A stretch of 64,000 nt of DNA from a bacterium (GTDB lineage Bacteria > Fidelibacterota > Fidelibacteria > Fidelibacterales > Fidelibacteraceae): positions 1,280,001 through 1,344,000 of the forward strand of contig OY781066.1 in NCBI GenBank assembly GCA_963676395.1, in the 5' to 3' direction. Below the pieces are notes generated by a model. The model saw nothing but the letters and a program-made list of their open reading frames with translations, searched no databases and was not told the origin of the DNA. The position numbers and the translations under genes are program-made. Below, piece after piece: positions 49,574 through 60,153 of the stretch. Positions within the stretch are counted from its first letter, which is position 1. Each line of letters opens with the position of its first letter.

Positions 49574-50241
49574 AAAATATAGATTTGATCATTTACGATT
49601 TCGATGGTACTCTTTGCAATACTTTGCCTGATATTGTCAATAGCATGAATGCCGTATTGCAACTAAATGGCTATAATACCATAGCATATGAAAAAGTACG
49701 TTCATTTATTGGAAGTGGTATCTCAAAGCTTGTTGAACGCTCAGTATATTGTGCTTTGACCGGAGATAATCATAAACCGGTAAATTCTGAAACTCTGATA
49801 AAAGTCACACATGAGATGTCGGAATATTATTCTCAACATTTAATGGATGATTCACATTTATATGAAGGTTGTGAGGATGTGCTTGAGTATTTTAAAGATG
49901 TACCACAAATTATTGTATCCAATAAACCGCTGAAAATGATAGAAGCTATGGTTAAACAGTATGGTATTGATCATTATTTTGATCTTATTGTAGGTGGAGA
50001 TACCCTGGATGTATGCAAGCCTGATCCTGCTGTGTGGGAACTCGTAAAAGAAAAAATGTCTTTACCGCAAGATCCTCAAGGATTTATGGTTGGAGACTCA
50101 GTGCCTGATCTTGCTTTCGCCAAAGTCACGGGTTTAACAGGCGTTGCTTGTACCTATGGCTTTAATGATCTACCGGTTCTAAAGAAAGAAGGTGCTGATC
50201 ATTTTATTGGGGTACTGTCAGAATTAAAAAATTTGATATAA
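49570..50241 (+). CDS. HAD-superfamily hydrolase, phosphoglycolate phosphatase-like
   Basis: DFDGTL, VSNK, KPDP, MVGDS. Confidence 0.88.
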   Translation: MKNIDLIIYDFDGTLCNTLPDIVNSMNAVLQLNGYNTIAYEKVRSFIGSGISKLVERSVYCALTGDNHKPVNSETLIKVTHEMSEYYSQHLMDDSHLYEGCEDVLEYFKDVPQIIVSNKPLKMIEAMVKQYGIDHYFDLIVGGDTLDVCKPDPAVWELVKEKMSLPQDPQGFMVGDSVPDLAFAKVTGLTGVACTYGFNDLPVLKKEGADHFIGVLSELKNLI

Positions 50242-50284
50242 TTAAATAAATTTATATTCTGGTTTCTATTTCGTGGGGGCGAAA

Positions 50285-51247
50285 ATGAAGAAGATATTCT
50301 TGTTTTTACTTATCTCATTTAGTTTTGCTACAGATATTTCTCTAATGTTTTGGAATGTTGAGAATCTTTTTGATCAAATAAATGATCCGATTAAAAAAGA
50401 TGATGATTTTCTTCCCGCTGGAAGCAAGCGTTATACTTGGCGGTCTTTTCGCTTGAAAGTTGAACATCTTGCTGATGTTATAAACAGAGTTAATCCTGAT
50501 TGTTTGGCAATGGTGGAGGTTGAAAATAGATTTGTACTGGATGTTTTATGTAAAGAGTTAAAACATACAGACGATTGGGAAATTATTATTGATGATGGCC
50601 CTGATCTCAGGGGGATAGATCCTGCATTGATCTATAGAAAAGACAAGTTCATTTATTGTGGGCATTGCTATTATCCGGTGTATTTTCCTGAGCGAGATTA
50701 TCATAGTCGATCCATTATGCGCGTTGATCTTTGTGAAAAACAAAGTAGTGATACACTCTGTGTTTTTATTAATCACTGGCCTTCCAGAAGAGGAGGCAAA
50801 CAGCGCTCTGATCCATACCGAGAGTATGCCTCAGAGATTATGCTAGATGCTTTAAATGCAACACTTAACGATCATTCAAATTATGCGATAGTCATAACAG
50901 GTGATTTTAACGATGATAGGTTTGATTCATGTTTGAAAGCTCTAGAAAGTGATCCCTTAATATCTTACTTGAATAAAAAAATGCCTAACAAAATCAAAGG
51001 CACCTACTATCATCAAGGAGAGTGGATTCATTTTGATCATTTTTTAACAGCGAATTTTGCGAATAGTCATTTAAATATATCAAGTGCTGAAATCTTTGCT
51101 CCACACTGGATAAGAGAAAAGCCGGGGCAGGGGCCATTACGTTTTTATAAAGGCATCAAGACTGCGGGAGGTTATTCGGACCATTATCCGATCATTCTAA
51201 CAATAGCGATTAAAAATCATGGTTTTAATCGCCATATAAGCAGATAA
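50285..51247 (+). CDS. Secreted endonuclease/exonuclease/phosphatase family protein
   Basis: Signal peptide; WNVENLFD, EVEN, NHWPSRRGG, GDFND, GYSDHYP. Confidence 0.9.
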   Translation: MKKIFLFLLISFSFATDISLMFWNVENLFDQINDPIKKDDDFLPAGSKRYTWRSFRLKVEHLADVINRVNPDCLAMVEVENRFVLDVLCKELKHTDDWEIIIDDGPDLRGIDPALIYRKDKFIYCGHCYYPVYFPERDYHSRSIMRVDLCEKQSSDTLCVFINHWPSRRGGKQRSDPYREYASEIMLDALNATLNDHSNYAIVITGDFNDDRFDSCLKALESDPLISYLNKKMPNKIKGTYYHQGEWIHFDHFLTANFANSHLNISSAEIFAPHWIREKPGQGPLRFYKGIKTAGGYSDHYPIILTIAIKNHGFNRHISR

Positions 51248-51411
51248 ATTCGGAAATAAATGGGTTCATTGTAATAATAAGAAAAACAACAAGTCGTCCC
51301 GAGTTTTAGCTTTGGGAGATATATTGGCTATTAATCTCATGCCAGTAATGTTGAGTATATTAGATGTTGGAAAATTTATCTAAAAAACATCTCTTCAAAA
51401 CATGAAAACAG

Positions 51412-51440
51412 TTGAATAAATCCCTTATGAATGCTAAATT
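51412..51440 (+). promoter_or_regulatory. Putative sigma70 promoter of rdgB-sprA
   Basis: TTGAAT (51412-51417), 17 nt, extended -10 TG-C-TAAATT (51432-51440). Confidence 0.45.
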
Positions 51441-51462
51441 TCTCAGCATTAACGGGGTGCTG

Positions 51463-52056
51463 ATGAAAAGCATAGTATTAGCGACACATAACAGAGACAA
51501 GATAAGAGAATTTAAAAGTAAATTAGGCTCTTCTATTGAGCTTAAAACTCTTGAAGATTATCCCGATTTACCGGATGTGATTGAGGACGGTGATACGCTA
51601 GAATATAATGCTTTTAAAAAAGCTCGAGAGATTCATGAATATACCGGTTTGCCGACAGTGGCTGATGACACCGGTTTAGAGGTGGATGCATTAAATGGAG
51701 CCCCTGGCGTATATTCTTCCCGATTTGCAGGTGAAGATGTAACATATCAAGATAATGTCTTGAAGTTATTAAAAGAATTAAAAGGCATTAAAACGGAACA
51801 TCGTAGCGCGAGATTCCGTACAAAAATCGCCTTTGTTGATACTAATGAATCCTGGTGCGTAGAAGGTTCTGTAGAAGGACGCATTCTTGAAGAACAAAGG
51901 GGCGAAGATGGATTTGGATATGATCCGGTATTCTATTATGAACAACTGGGTAAAACCTTTTCCGAACTCGATTTAAAAGCAAAGAATAAGATAAGCCATA
52001 GAGCTAAGGCTATCGAGGCCTTTATTGGTAAAATGAAAGAACTTCAACATATTTAA
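51463..52056 (+). CDS. rdgB: RdgB/HAM1 non-canonical purine NTP pyrophosphatase
   Basis: LATHNRDKIRE, ADDTGLEVDALNGAPGVYSSR, GFGYDPVF, KNKISHR. Confidence 0.95.
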   Translation: MKSIVLATHNRDKIREFKSKLGSSIELKTLEDYPDLPDVIEDGDTLEYNAFKKAREIHEYTGLPTVADDTGLEVDALNGAPGVYSSRFAGEDVTYQDNVLKLLKELKGIKTEHRSARFRTKIAFVDTNESWCVEGSVEGRILEEQRGEDGFGYDPVFYYEQLGKTFSELDLKAKNKISHRAKAIEAFIGKMKELQHI

Positions 52057-52098
52057 AACTGAGGTGTTGCCCGGACCAACTTGTTAAAGAATTGATGT

Positions 52099-55000
52099 TT
52101 GAATGAAATTGAGGCAGATATTAAAACAGCGAAACTGAAGCCGCGTATTATTCTTGGTCTGGTCACGATCATTATCGCTTCTCTGATATATGGAGAAAGC
52201 GAAACATATTCTACCCGTTTTACCTACGAGTTCCATATTCCCGGATTAATCAATACCTTCATGCCAAAACCTACCGGTTTTTCAAGAGCTTATCATCAAC
52301 CTATGGCTCCCTTGTCCGTAAATTTTCCCTCTTGGTTTAAGGCCGTGAAGATTGAACATAATACTGCAGATTCAGGACGTGTTTTGGTGGTGTCGGAGAA
52401 CTTGGGAAAAGATTATTTACAAGCACCACGTTATATTCCATTTGAAGATTATTTTGTTTTTAAAAAAAGCTATAATCTTGATAATCTCTGGTATAACAGT
52501 GTTGCCATGACCGATTCGACCTACTTTGAAAAATTAAAAGAAAAGAACTCAAATGGTAATTCTTCTCTTGAGATCATTGGAGCGGATATCGCCGGACAGA
52601 GAGTCGCTTTGAGAATTCGGGGGCAGATCTCTATTACAGGTAAATACAATCAACAAAACAACTCTATTGTTTCTGCCAATATGTCTAATGAGCAAAAGAA
52701 TTTCTTATTAGATCAAACGCAACAGTTTACGATAGAAGGAACGATCGGGGATAGGGTTACTATTTCTATTGATGAAGATTCAGAACGTGATTTTCAGTTT
52801 GAAAATGCTATCAAGATTAAATATACAGGCAAAGAAGATGAAATCATTCAAAGCGCAAATTTTGGAAATATTGGTTTATCTCTTCCCGGAACTCAGTATG
52901 TGACGGGTTCATCTTCATCAACGGGTCTTTTTGGTGGAAAAGCTGTGATGAAATTTGGCCCCGTGGATGTTACAGCCATTGCATCATATGAAAAGAAGGA
53001 CAGCAAGAAAAAATCCTGGGGGGGTGGTTCTTCGGATGGCGGTGGATCGAGTGTTAAGATATACGCATATGAATATAAACGAAATACTTATTATTATATT
53101 GATGAAGTCTATCGCGATAACATGTATCCTTTGGATCCTGCAACCGGTAACTTTATTGGACATGGTGATGATATTGTGATAGAATATCAGTTGTATGTTT
53201 CATGTAGTGAAACAGACGATGATAGAAAGAAGGCTGTTGCTTACGTTGATATAGCATCGGATGGAACAAACACAAGAGTAAGTGAGCATCCGGAAGAAGA
53301 TGTTCCTGCAGCTATTTACTTTAAACAACTAAAAAAAACCAGCGACACAAATCTCTACGGTGAATATGAATTGAACGAAAACCTTGGTTATATTAGATTG
53401 AACCTCGGTTTGGCAGATCATCAAATTCTTGCGATAGCATATAAAACAAAGGATGGGAAAGTCTATGGTGATCTTTCTTCAGGCAAATATTTAAAGATTA
53501 TTAAAGCTGAGAATCCCAAACCATCATATAAGACTTGGGATCTTGAAATGAAAAATATTTATGATCTTAAGGCTAGGAATATTGATGAAGAAGGGTTTGA
53601 TTTAAAAATATTTTATAGTGGTGAAAATCAACCAAAAGAATATGATTCTAAGGGTCTTTCATACCTTAGTACGTTTGGATTGGATGAATTTAAACAAAAT
53701 GGCTCCATGGGAAGTGATGGAAAGATCGATATAATACCCAATATTGTTAATTTAAGTAAGGGTGAATTATGGTTCCCCTTCGCTCGCCCTTTTGATGCTG
53801 CACCCGAAGGTGAATTTGGAACGGGAGTTTACAACGACAGTTTGGATGTTACCGGTGAATCGGATAAGCCTTCTGTCGAAGAAATTTATAACCTATCCTA
53901 TACTGACCCTTTAAGAAAAAATAAAGATTATTATATTGAGGTGAAATATTCCAATCGTTCTTCTACGATTGATCTTGGAGAAATGTTTATTATTGAAAAT
54001 AGTGAAGAGGTCAGGGTAAATGGCAAAAAGATGACCAAAGGTTCCGATTATGATATTGATTATTTTTCCGGTTTGATCACTTTGAAAAGTGAAGCAGCCC
54101 TTGATGCGAACGCTAAAATCGATATTAACTATGAGACGGAGCAGTTGTTTGGTGGTATCGGCGAGCAAAAATTTATGACCGGTGCAAGAGCAGAGTATAG
54201 AATTAATGAAAATGCCTTTATCGGTGCGACCATGATGTACTATAATCGCTCTGTCCTTGATGATAAAAATGTAAATATTGGGGATGAACCATTCCATAAC
54301 TTTATTTGGGATGTTAACGGTGAATTTCAATATGACCTCAATTGGCTCGACCGGGCAATGAATGCGCTTCCTTTTGTTCGCATTAAAAAAGCCAGTCAAA
54401 TCAAAGTTAATGGTGAGATCGCACAAATTTTGCCGAATCCAAATACCATTGACAATGAAGAAAGTGGAGACTTTAATGGTGTTGCAAAGCTAGACGATTT
54501 TGAGTCTGCTTCTCAAGAAACACCAATGAATATTTCGTTTACAAAGTGGACACATGCTTCTAAACCTAAGAATACATTTTTCTCTTCAACTTTTTCAGAA
54601 AGAGGTTTTTTATTTTGGTATAACCCTTTTAGTGTATCCAATAGTGGCAAAAGTCGTATCGATGCCACACTTACGCAGGATATTTGGCCGCAAAAAGATA
54701 TTACTGAGTCTGAGAGATATACCAGTGTACTGAATTTGGTTCTAGACCCCGAAGTAAACGGTATTACCGGCTTGGAAACACAATCGGATCCCCGCCAGAT
54801 ATGGGGTGGTGTGATGCAGCCTGTTTACATGTATGATCAAAGTAATAGTAAGTATATTGAGCTATGGGTTAAGGGCGAGAACGGGCAATTGCAGATTGAT
54901 ATCGGTGAGATCACCGAAGATTGGTATAATAAAAACTATGATGTAAATAATCCCGATACCGAATATGGTGATGGCGAAAAGAACTACGAGGATAAAGATA

Positions 55001-58000
55001 ATAACGGTATTCTTAATGACAATGAAGATACCGGTATTAATGGTTATACTGATGCCGAGGAGCAAGCCCGTGGTTGGGATCCCATGATTGATAACTTTGA
55101 TAAAGACGCATATAAAACCGCCTCTGATTTCAGATGGAGTAATGGATCTGAAGGTAATGCCGGTAAAGAGGGTATTCAAACTTATCCTGAGAGCGAAGAT
55201 ATTGATCGTGATGGCAAATTGGATCAAGCGGACAGTTATTATTCTTATACTTTGGATCTTTCTTCAGAAGAATGGCTGAAATCAAGAAGCGTTTATAACA
55301 ATGGCCGAGAAACCGGTTGGAAAAAATATAGCATTCCTCTAACTGCGATGGTTGACTCCGTAGGGTCGCCTTCGTTTTCATCAGTTCGTATGTTAAGAAT
55401 GAGTGTGTTTGGTATGGAAGAGCAGGATACCCTGCAGTTTGCATCCATTTCTATTGTTGGAAATGAGTGGCTGGAAGAGGGACTTGCAGATGCCGGTTCC
55501 GATATATTTATGCCTGATGATGATCGTTTTTCAATCACAGTTAAAAACACTACTGAGGATGCAGATTATAAGTCACCTCCCGGAGTAACAGGAAGAACTC
55601 AGGTAGGCGGTATTGGAACGGAAACAATTACCGAAAAAGAACAATCACTTGTGCTTAAATTGAAAGAATTTGAGCCTGGCGAAACGGCTTTAGCGCAGAA
55701 GATCATGCTTGAGGGTGAATCATTGCTTATGTATAAGCAGCTGAAAATGTTTGTTCATGGTCCCCGAAATATCACAAATGATGAAGCACGTATCAATTTG
55801 TTTTTACGTATCGGTCGCGGTGATATGAGCAATTATTATGAAGCTGTTACTGAGGTATATCCGGAATGGGATGATCGAAATCATATTGAGATGATCTTTG
55901 AGGTTATTACCGGGTTGAAAAATAGAGTCGTATTTGATAATGAAGAATATTTTTCTTACGCTAAAGGATATATAAAAGAGTATAGACCAAAAGATCCGCT
56001 TACCGGTGAATATACGGGAAAGATTTTTCGTGTTGTGGGAGATCCGACTTTATCAAGAATTGAAAAAATGCAAATTGGTGTGATCAATGTCTCCGATGAG
56101 ATATATGAAGGAGATATCTGGGTGGACGAATTGCGTGTGGTTTCTTCGAATAATGATCCCGGTATGGCTATGCGTGGAAATTTTGATTTTCTGTTGGGAA
56201 ATTTTGTTAAATTCAATATGAATGCAAGTAAAAAAGATGCTGATTTTCATCAGGTTAACCAGCAAATGTCTACCGGTACGAAAACTTCTGAGGAGTATAA
56301 CATGACCATGACCATGAGATTGCACGAGCTTTTCCCTCATTCATGGCGAATTACCATGCCTATTACACTTCATCAAAGAAAAACTAAAGGGACACCGAAG
56401 TATTTTCCCGGTTCTGATATTTTATTGGATGATAACCCACCTGATTCATTGATCTCTACATTAAAGAGTCAGTCATTAAGAACCTCGTTTGCGCGAAGTT
56501 CAAATTCAAATGATCCTTTTGTGGCGAAGTATCTTATTAATCCAATAAAAGTAAGTGCAACACTTTCAAAGACCAAAACAACAGATCTTGAAACTAAAGA
56601 TAAGGAAGAATCAAAATTTACTTCAATTTTTAATTATGATGTATCTATACCTGAGGGCGAAGGCATTTCTTATCTTGCTTGGATACCCTTCCTGGGTGAC
56701 GAGGCCAAAGATCAAAAATTCTATTGGAAGCCTAGCTCCTTTAAATGGAAAATGTCGGTAACACAGGATGAAAAAGAATGGATAACTCGATCTACCTTGG
56801 ATACCAATAATACATATTCTTTTTATATGAGCAAGGAGATGTCATTTGCATATAAGCCATTTACTTCGATGAGTTTTACTTATAGCAGGAGCTCAAAATC
56901 TGATCTTGAAGATTATCGAGATAATATTTCCGATTTATTTTCTGAAATATCCTATGACAGCTTGATGAACGGAGTCAATGTCGGAGCCGTTACAAGCATG
57001 AATGAAGCTGTTAATTTTAATTATTCTCCGACACTTACAAAATGGTTAAGACCTAATTTCAAATATTCTTCAAAGTACAGATATAGCTTCAGAAAAGAAC
57101 AATTGTCTGCAAATATTGGAGTTAGCCGTGAAATATCGGGTAACGTCTCGTTGACATTGAAGACTATTTTGGAAAGTATTGAAAAAAGTCAAAAGAAGCG
57201 AAAGGCGAATCGTCTACAAAGATCTATGGCTGAGCCCAATTCTAAATTTGACAAAGAAGTACAGCGCGGTGCTGATCCTGATCCAAGTTCGGCACGAGCA
57301 AAAACTTCAGCAAGCAAAAGAAGGTCACAACCCTTGAATATATCTACTTTATTGGGCCGAGTAAGTCCAATAAAATTCTCCTTCTCAAATAATCTTGTTA
57401 AAGGTAATAGCGGTGTTACCGGCAGTGATATGAGTAAGATATATAAAGATGTGGTTTACAAATATCGATACGGTTTTGTTGATTACTATACATTACCGAC
57501 TCAATCTTTTGATACTAGTATTGTTAACCCTATGACAAATGTTCTTAAAGAAAGTTATAGTATTAGCACAGGACTTCAGTTGACAAAAACATTAAAGATT
57601 CGCTCTATTTCATATAAGCAAAATACTTCAACAGGAAGAGATTACACCTATAAGACTAAATCAAACGAATTTTTTGATGAGCCCACTCATATTTTAGTTT
57701 GGGGTGATACCCTGGAATTATCGCCCTATGATTCTTCGGCAAGCCGAAACTATATTCCAATGGGGGAATCTGGAAAAGAGGGTTTCGTTGCTCCGGATTA
57801 TTCATTGGAGTGGTCAATTACCCCCAGCCAAATTTCATGGTTGAAAAACCGTGTTGATTTTATTCGAAAGATATCTTTCTCACATAAATTATCAAGTAAA
57901 GAAACGATACGTTATCAACAAAAAACCGATAAGTTTCCCTATTACATGGAAGTTGCATCGGCATCATATACATTGAATTTTTCACCGTTGATCAAGGTTG

Positions 58001-58488
58001 GATTTACATTTAAGAATAAAATGACCGCAAATTTCTCTTTTAATAAATCAATTAAATATGATCACCGGGGTGACTCTGAACTGGATTATTTAAATACAAG
58101 TATTACTAAAAATAATCAAGACAATATAACTTTCAATATGAGCTATAGTTACAATAAGGGTATTAGTATTCCGACACCTTTCTTAAAGAATATGGAAGTG
58201 CTGAACCTAGATAATGATATGACTTTCACTTTACAGGGTAAATATGGTTTTAGTAAGAAAGTGATTAAAGAATTCAATTCTATGGAGTTCTCGTCCCCCA
58301 AGGATCATCGTATTAATTGGGAAATTGAACCAAAATTAAGATACAGTTTCAGTAAAAATATTGATGGTACTTTGTTTTTTAAGTATGGGCAAAGGATTAA
58401 TCTGAATCAACAAACCGAAGATGGCGATACCGCTTTGGACGATTATAAAGATTTTGGTTTGACTGTGACGATTAAAATTAGAGGATAA
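52099..58488 (+). CDS. sprA: T9SS outer-membrane translocon SprA/Sov
   Basis: 2129 aa; FENAIKIKYTGKEDEIIQ..GNI..SSTGLFG, WDLEMKNIY, GSDYDIDY, DDFE, IDIGEITED, SEDIDRDG, IWVDELR motifs and a long C-terminal beta-strand region; start codon uncertain. Confidence 0.9.
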   Translation: MNEIEADIKTAKLKPRIILGLVTIIIASLIYGESETYSTRFTYEFHIPGLINTFMPKPTGFSRAYHQPMAPLSVNFPSWFKAVKIEHNTADSGRVLVVSENLGKDYLQAPRYIPFEDYFVFKKSYNLDNLWYNSVAMTDSTYFEKLKEKNSNGNSSLEIIGADIAGQRVALRIRGQISITGKYNQQNNSIVSANMSNEQKNFLLDQTQQFTIEGTIGDRVTISIDEDSERDFQFENAIKIKYTGKEDEIIQSANFGNIGLSLPGTQYVTGSSSSTGLFGGKAVMKFGPVDVTAIASYEKKDSKKKSWGGGSSDGGGSSVKIYAYEYKRNTYYYIDEVYRDNMYPLDPATGNFIGHGDDIVIEYQLYVSCSETDDDRKKAVAYVDIASDGTNTRVSEHPEEDVPAAIYFKQLKKTSDTNLYGEYELNENLGYIRLNLGLADHQILAIAYKTKDGKVYGDLSSGKYLKIIKAENPKPSYKTWDLEMKNIYDLKARNIDEEGFDLKIFYSGENQPKEYDSKGLSYLSTFGLDEFKQNGSMGSDGKIDIIPNIVNLSKGELWFPFARPFDAAPEGEFGTGVYNDSLDVTGESDKPSVEEIYNLSYTDPLRKNKDYYIEVKYSNRSSTIDLGEMFIIENSEEVRVNGKKMTKGSDYDIDYFSGLITLKSEAALDANAKIDINYETEQLFGGIGEQKFMTGARAEYRINENAFIGATMMYYNRSVLDDKNVNIGDEPFHNFIWDVNGEFQYDLNWLDRAMNALPFVRIKKASQIKVNGEIAQILPNPNTIDNEESGDFNGVAKLDDFESASQETPMNISFTKWTHASKPKNTFFSSTFSERGFLFWYNPFSVSNSGKSRIDATLTQDIWPQKDITESERYTSVLNLVLDPEVNGITGLETQSDPRQIWGGVMQPVYMYDQSNSKYIELWVKGENGQLQIDIGEITEDWYNKNYDVNNPDTEYGDGEKNYEDKDNNGILNDNEDTGINGYTDAEEQARGWDPMIDNFDKDAYKTASDFRWSNGSEGNAGKEGIQTYPESEDIDRDGKLDQADSYYSYTLDLSSEEWLKSRSVYNNGRETGWKKYSIPLTAMVDSVGSPSFSSVRMLRMSVFGMEEQDTLQFASISIVGNEWLEEGLADAGSDIFMPDDDRFSITVKNTTEDADYKSPPGVTGRTQVGGIGTETITEKEQSLVLKLKEFEPGETALAQKIMLEGESLLMYKQLKMFVHGPRNITNDEARINLFLRIGRGDMSNYYEAVTEVYPEWDDRNHIEMIFEVITGLKNRVVFDNEEYFSYAKGYIKEYRPKDPLTGEYTGKIFRVVGDPTLSRIEKMQIGVINVSDEIYEGDIWVDELRVVSSNNDPGMAMRGNFDFLLGNFVKFNMNASKKDADFHQVNQQMSTGTKTSEEYNMTMTMRLHELFPHSWRITMPITLHQRKTKGTPKYFPGSDILLDDNPPDSLISTLKSQSLRTSFARSSNSNDPFVAKYLINPIKVSATLSKTKTTDLETKDKEESKFTSIFNYDVSIPEGEGISYLAWIPFLGDEAKDQKFYWKPSSFKWKMSVTQDEKEWITRSTLDTNNTYSFYMSKEMSFAYKPFTSMSFTYSRSSKSDLEDYRDNISDLFSEISYDSLMNGVNVGAVTSMNEAVNFNYSPTLTKWLRPNFKYSSKYRYSFRKEQLSANIGVSREISGNVSLTLKTILESIEKSQKKRKANRLQRSMAEPNSKFDKEVQRGADPDPSSARAKTSASKRRSQPLNISTLLGRVSPIKFSFSNNLVKGNSGVTGSDMSKIYKDVVYKYRYGFVDYYTLPTQSFDTSIVNPMTNVLKESYSISTGLQLTKTLKIRSISYKQNTSTGRDYTYKTKSNEFFDEPTHILVWGDTLELSPYDSSASRNYIPMGESGKEGFVAPDYSLEWSITPSQISWLKNRVDFIRKISFSHKLSSKETIRYQQKTDKFPYYMEVASASYTLNFSPLIKVGFTFKNKMTANFSFNKSIKYDHRGDSELDYLNTSITKNNQDNITFNMSYSYNKGISIPTPFLKNMEVLNLDNDMTFTLQGKYGFSKKVIKEFNSMEFSSPKDHRINWEIEPKLRYSFSKNIDGTLFFKYGQRINLNQQTEDGDTALDDYKDFGLTVTIKIRG

Positions 58489-58489
58489 T

Positions 58490-59389
58490 ATGAAAAAAGC
58501 AGGTATACTTTGCTTGGCTTTATTATCTCTGCTTGTTGCAGGTAAACCTGCTTTTGATTCATATAAAGCTTTTTCATATTTAGAAAAACAAGTGAAAATT
58601 GGGCCTCGATTTCCCGGTAGTGAAGGGCAAATAATATGTCGTGATTGGCTTATTGATCTATGCCGTGAACACGCCGATACTGTTATCATTCAAGAATTTC
58701 AGGCATACCGACCAGACAATAAAACCTATGTTAAAGCTTATAATGTGATTGCTCGCTTTGCTCCTGCAAAACAACAACGGGTAATGCTTAGCACACATTG
58801 GGATACACGTCCCATATCGGATATGGACAGGTTTCATTATTCCACACCTGTTCCGGGGGCAAACGATGGAGCCAGTGGTACGGCAGTTTTGCTTGAATTG
58901 CTGAGACATGTCCGGAAGCTTAGTATGCAAAAGGGGGTTGATGTTGTTTTTTGGGATGCGGAAGATATGGGAATATCAGGAAATGGAGCATATTTTTGTC
59001 AGGGGTCTGAGTTTTATGCGTATAATCCGGTATTGCCCAAACCGGAAAAGGGTATTCTTATTGATATGATTGGAGACCATGATCTGAAGATATCTATTGA
59101 AGCCAATTCCATGAAATATGCACCGGAATTGATCAATGAGGTATATTTTTTAGGCCATAGTTTGGGGTATAAGCATATTTATAAGAAAAAAGTGGGATTG
59201 GAAATATTTGATGATCATGTTCCCTTGAATTTGATTGCAAAAATTCCGACTATTGACCTTATTGATTTTTCTTATACTTATCAGGGGAAAAATCTTTGGC
59301 ACACGCCAAGGGATCTACCTAAGTTTTGCTCACCGCAAAGCTTAAAGGCTGTCGGTGATGTGTTGTTGTGCTGGTTATCAGCGCAATAA
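58490..59389 (+). CDS. M28 family peptidase, glutaminyl cyclase-like
   Basis: GPRFPGS, HWDTRP, GANDGASG, DAED, DMIGD, DDH, WHT motifs; signal peptide. Confidence 0.88.
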   Translation: MKKAGILCLALLSLLVAGKPAFDSYKAFSYLEKQVKIGPRFPGSEGQIICRDWLIDLCREHADTVIIQEFQAYRPDNKTYVKAYNVIARFAPAKQQRVMLSTHWDTRPISDMDRFHYSTPVPGANDGASGTAVLLELLRHVRKLSMQKGVDVVFWDAEDMGISGNGAYFCQGSEFYAYNPVLPKPEKGILIDMIGDHDLKISIEANSMKYAPELINEVYFLGHSLGYKHIYKKKVGLEIFDDHVPLNLIAKIPTIDLIDFSYTYQGKNLWHTPRDLPKFCSPQSLKAVGDVLLCWLSAQ

Positions 59390-59441
59390 ATGCTGGACAA
59401 AAAGATAAATAAGTATTAAATTACAAAGAAGGATAAATACA

Positions 59442-60116
59442 ATGACAAAACATTATCATCTTGTAAGACACTTGGGTATTGTGAATAAAATACTGGATTG
59501 GGATGCTGCTTTTTGGGAAGCGGTAGAAAGTACCGAGGTTAATAATTTTCATGAAAGATCATCTGATTATTGTCCTAGCACTCAGGCTAAATTACAATAT
59601 GACGATGAAAATATCTATGTGATCTTTAAAGTAGTAGATAAATATATTTTGGCCGTTAATACAGAATATAATTCAAAAGTACATGAAGATTCTTGTGTTG
59701 AGTGGTTTGTAAAGCCTTACGGTTCCGAAGGATATTATAATTTTGAATTAAATGCCATTGGTACACTTCATGTGAATTATATTGTAGATCCGGAAAGAGG
59801 GGAAGATGGAAAGCGAAAAGATGTGCGCCATATTTCCCAAGAGCATTCTAAGGTAATTGAAATACAAAGCACATTTCAACATGTGATAAACAAAGAAATA
59901 CAGGATGAAGAGACCTGGTATATTGCAATGAAAATCCCGTTTACATTTTTTGAATTATATTCACCAATTAAAAAGATAAATGGCTCAATCTGGCAGGGCA
60001 ATTTATATAAATGCGGGGATAAAACCTCGCACCCGCACTGGGCGGCTTGGAGTCCTGTCATTGAACTGAATTTTCATCAACCCAAGCATTTTGGAGAGTT
60101 TATCTTCAATGACTGA
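59442..60116 (+). CDS. Carbohydrate-binding family 9-like (DOMON) protein
   Basis: YDDENIYVIFKV, VHEDSCVEWF, YYNFELN, WQGNLYKCGD, FHQPKHFG. Confidence 0.85.
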   Translation: MTKHYHLVRHLGIVNKILDWDAAFWEAVESTEVNNFHERSSDYCPSTQAKLQYDDENIYVIFKVVDKYILAVNTEYNSKVHEDSCVEWFVKPYGSEGYYNFELNAIGTLHVNYIVDPERGEDGKRKDVRHISQEHSKVIEIQSTFQHVINKEIQDEETWYIAMKIPFTFFELYSPIKKINGSIWQGNLYKCGDKTSHPHWAAWSPVIELNFHQPKHFGEFIFND

Positions 60117-60153
60117 TCTCCTTCCGCATGATTATTAAATTGGGAGACGAATC

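Noticed and set aside
51248..51411. Structured ncRNA in the EEP-rdgB spacer
   Set aside because: Only short scattered stems (e.g. AGATGTT/AACATCT) in AT-rich DNA; no recognisable family motif
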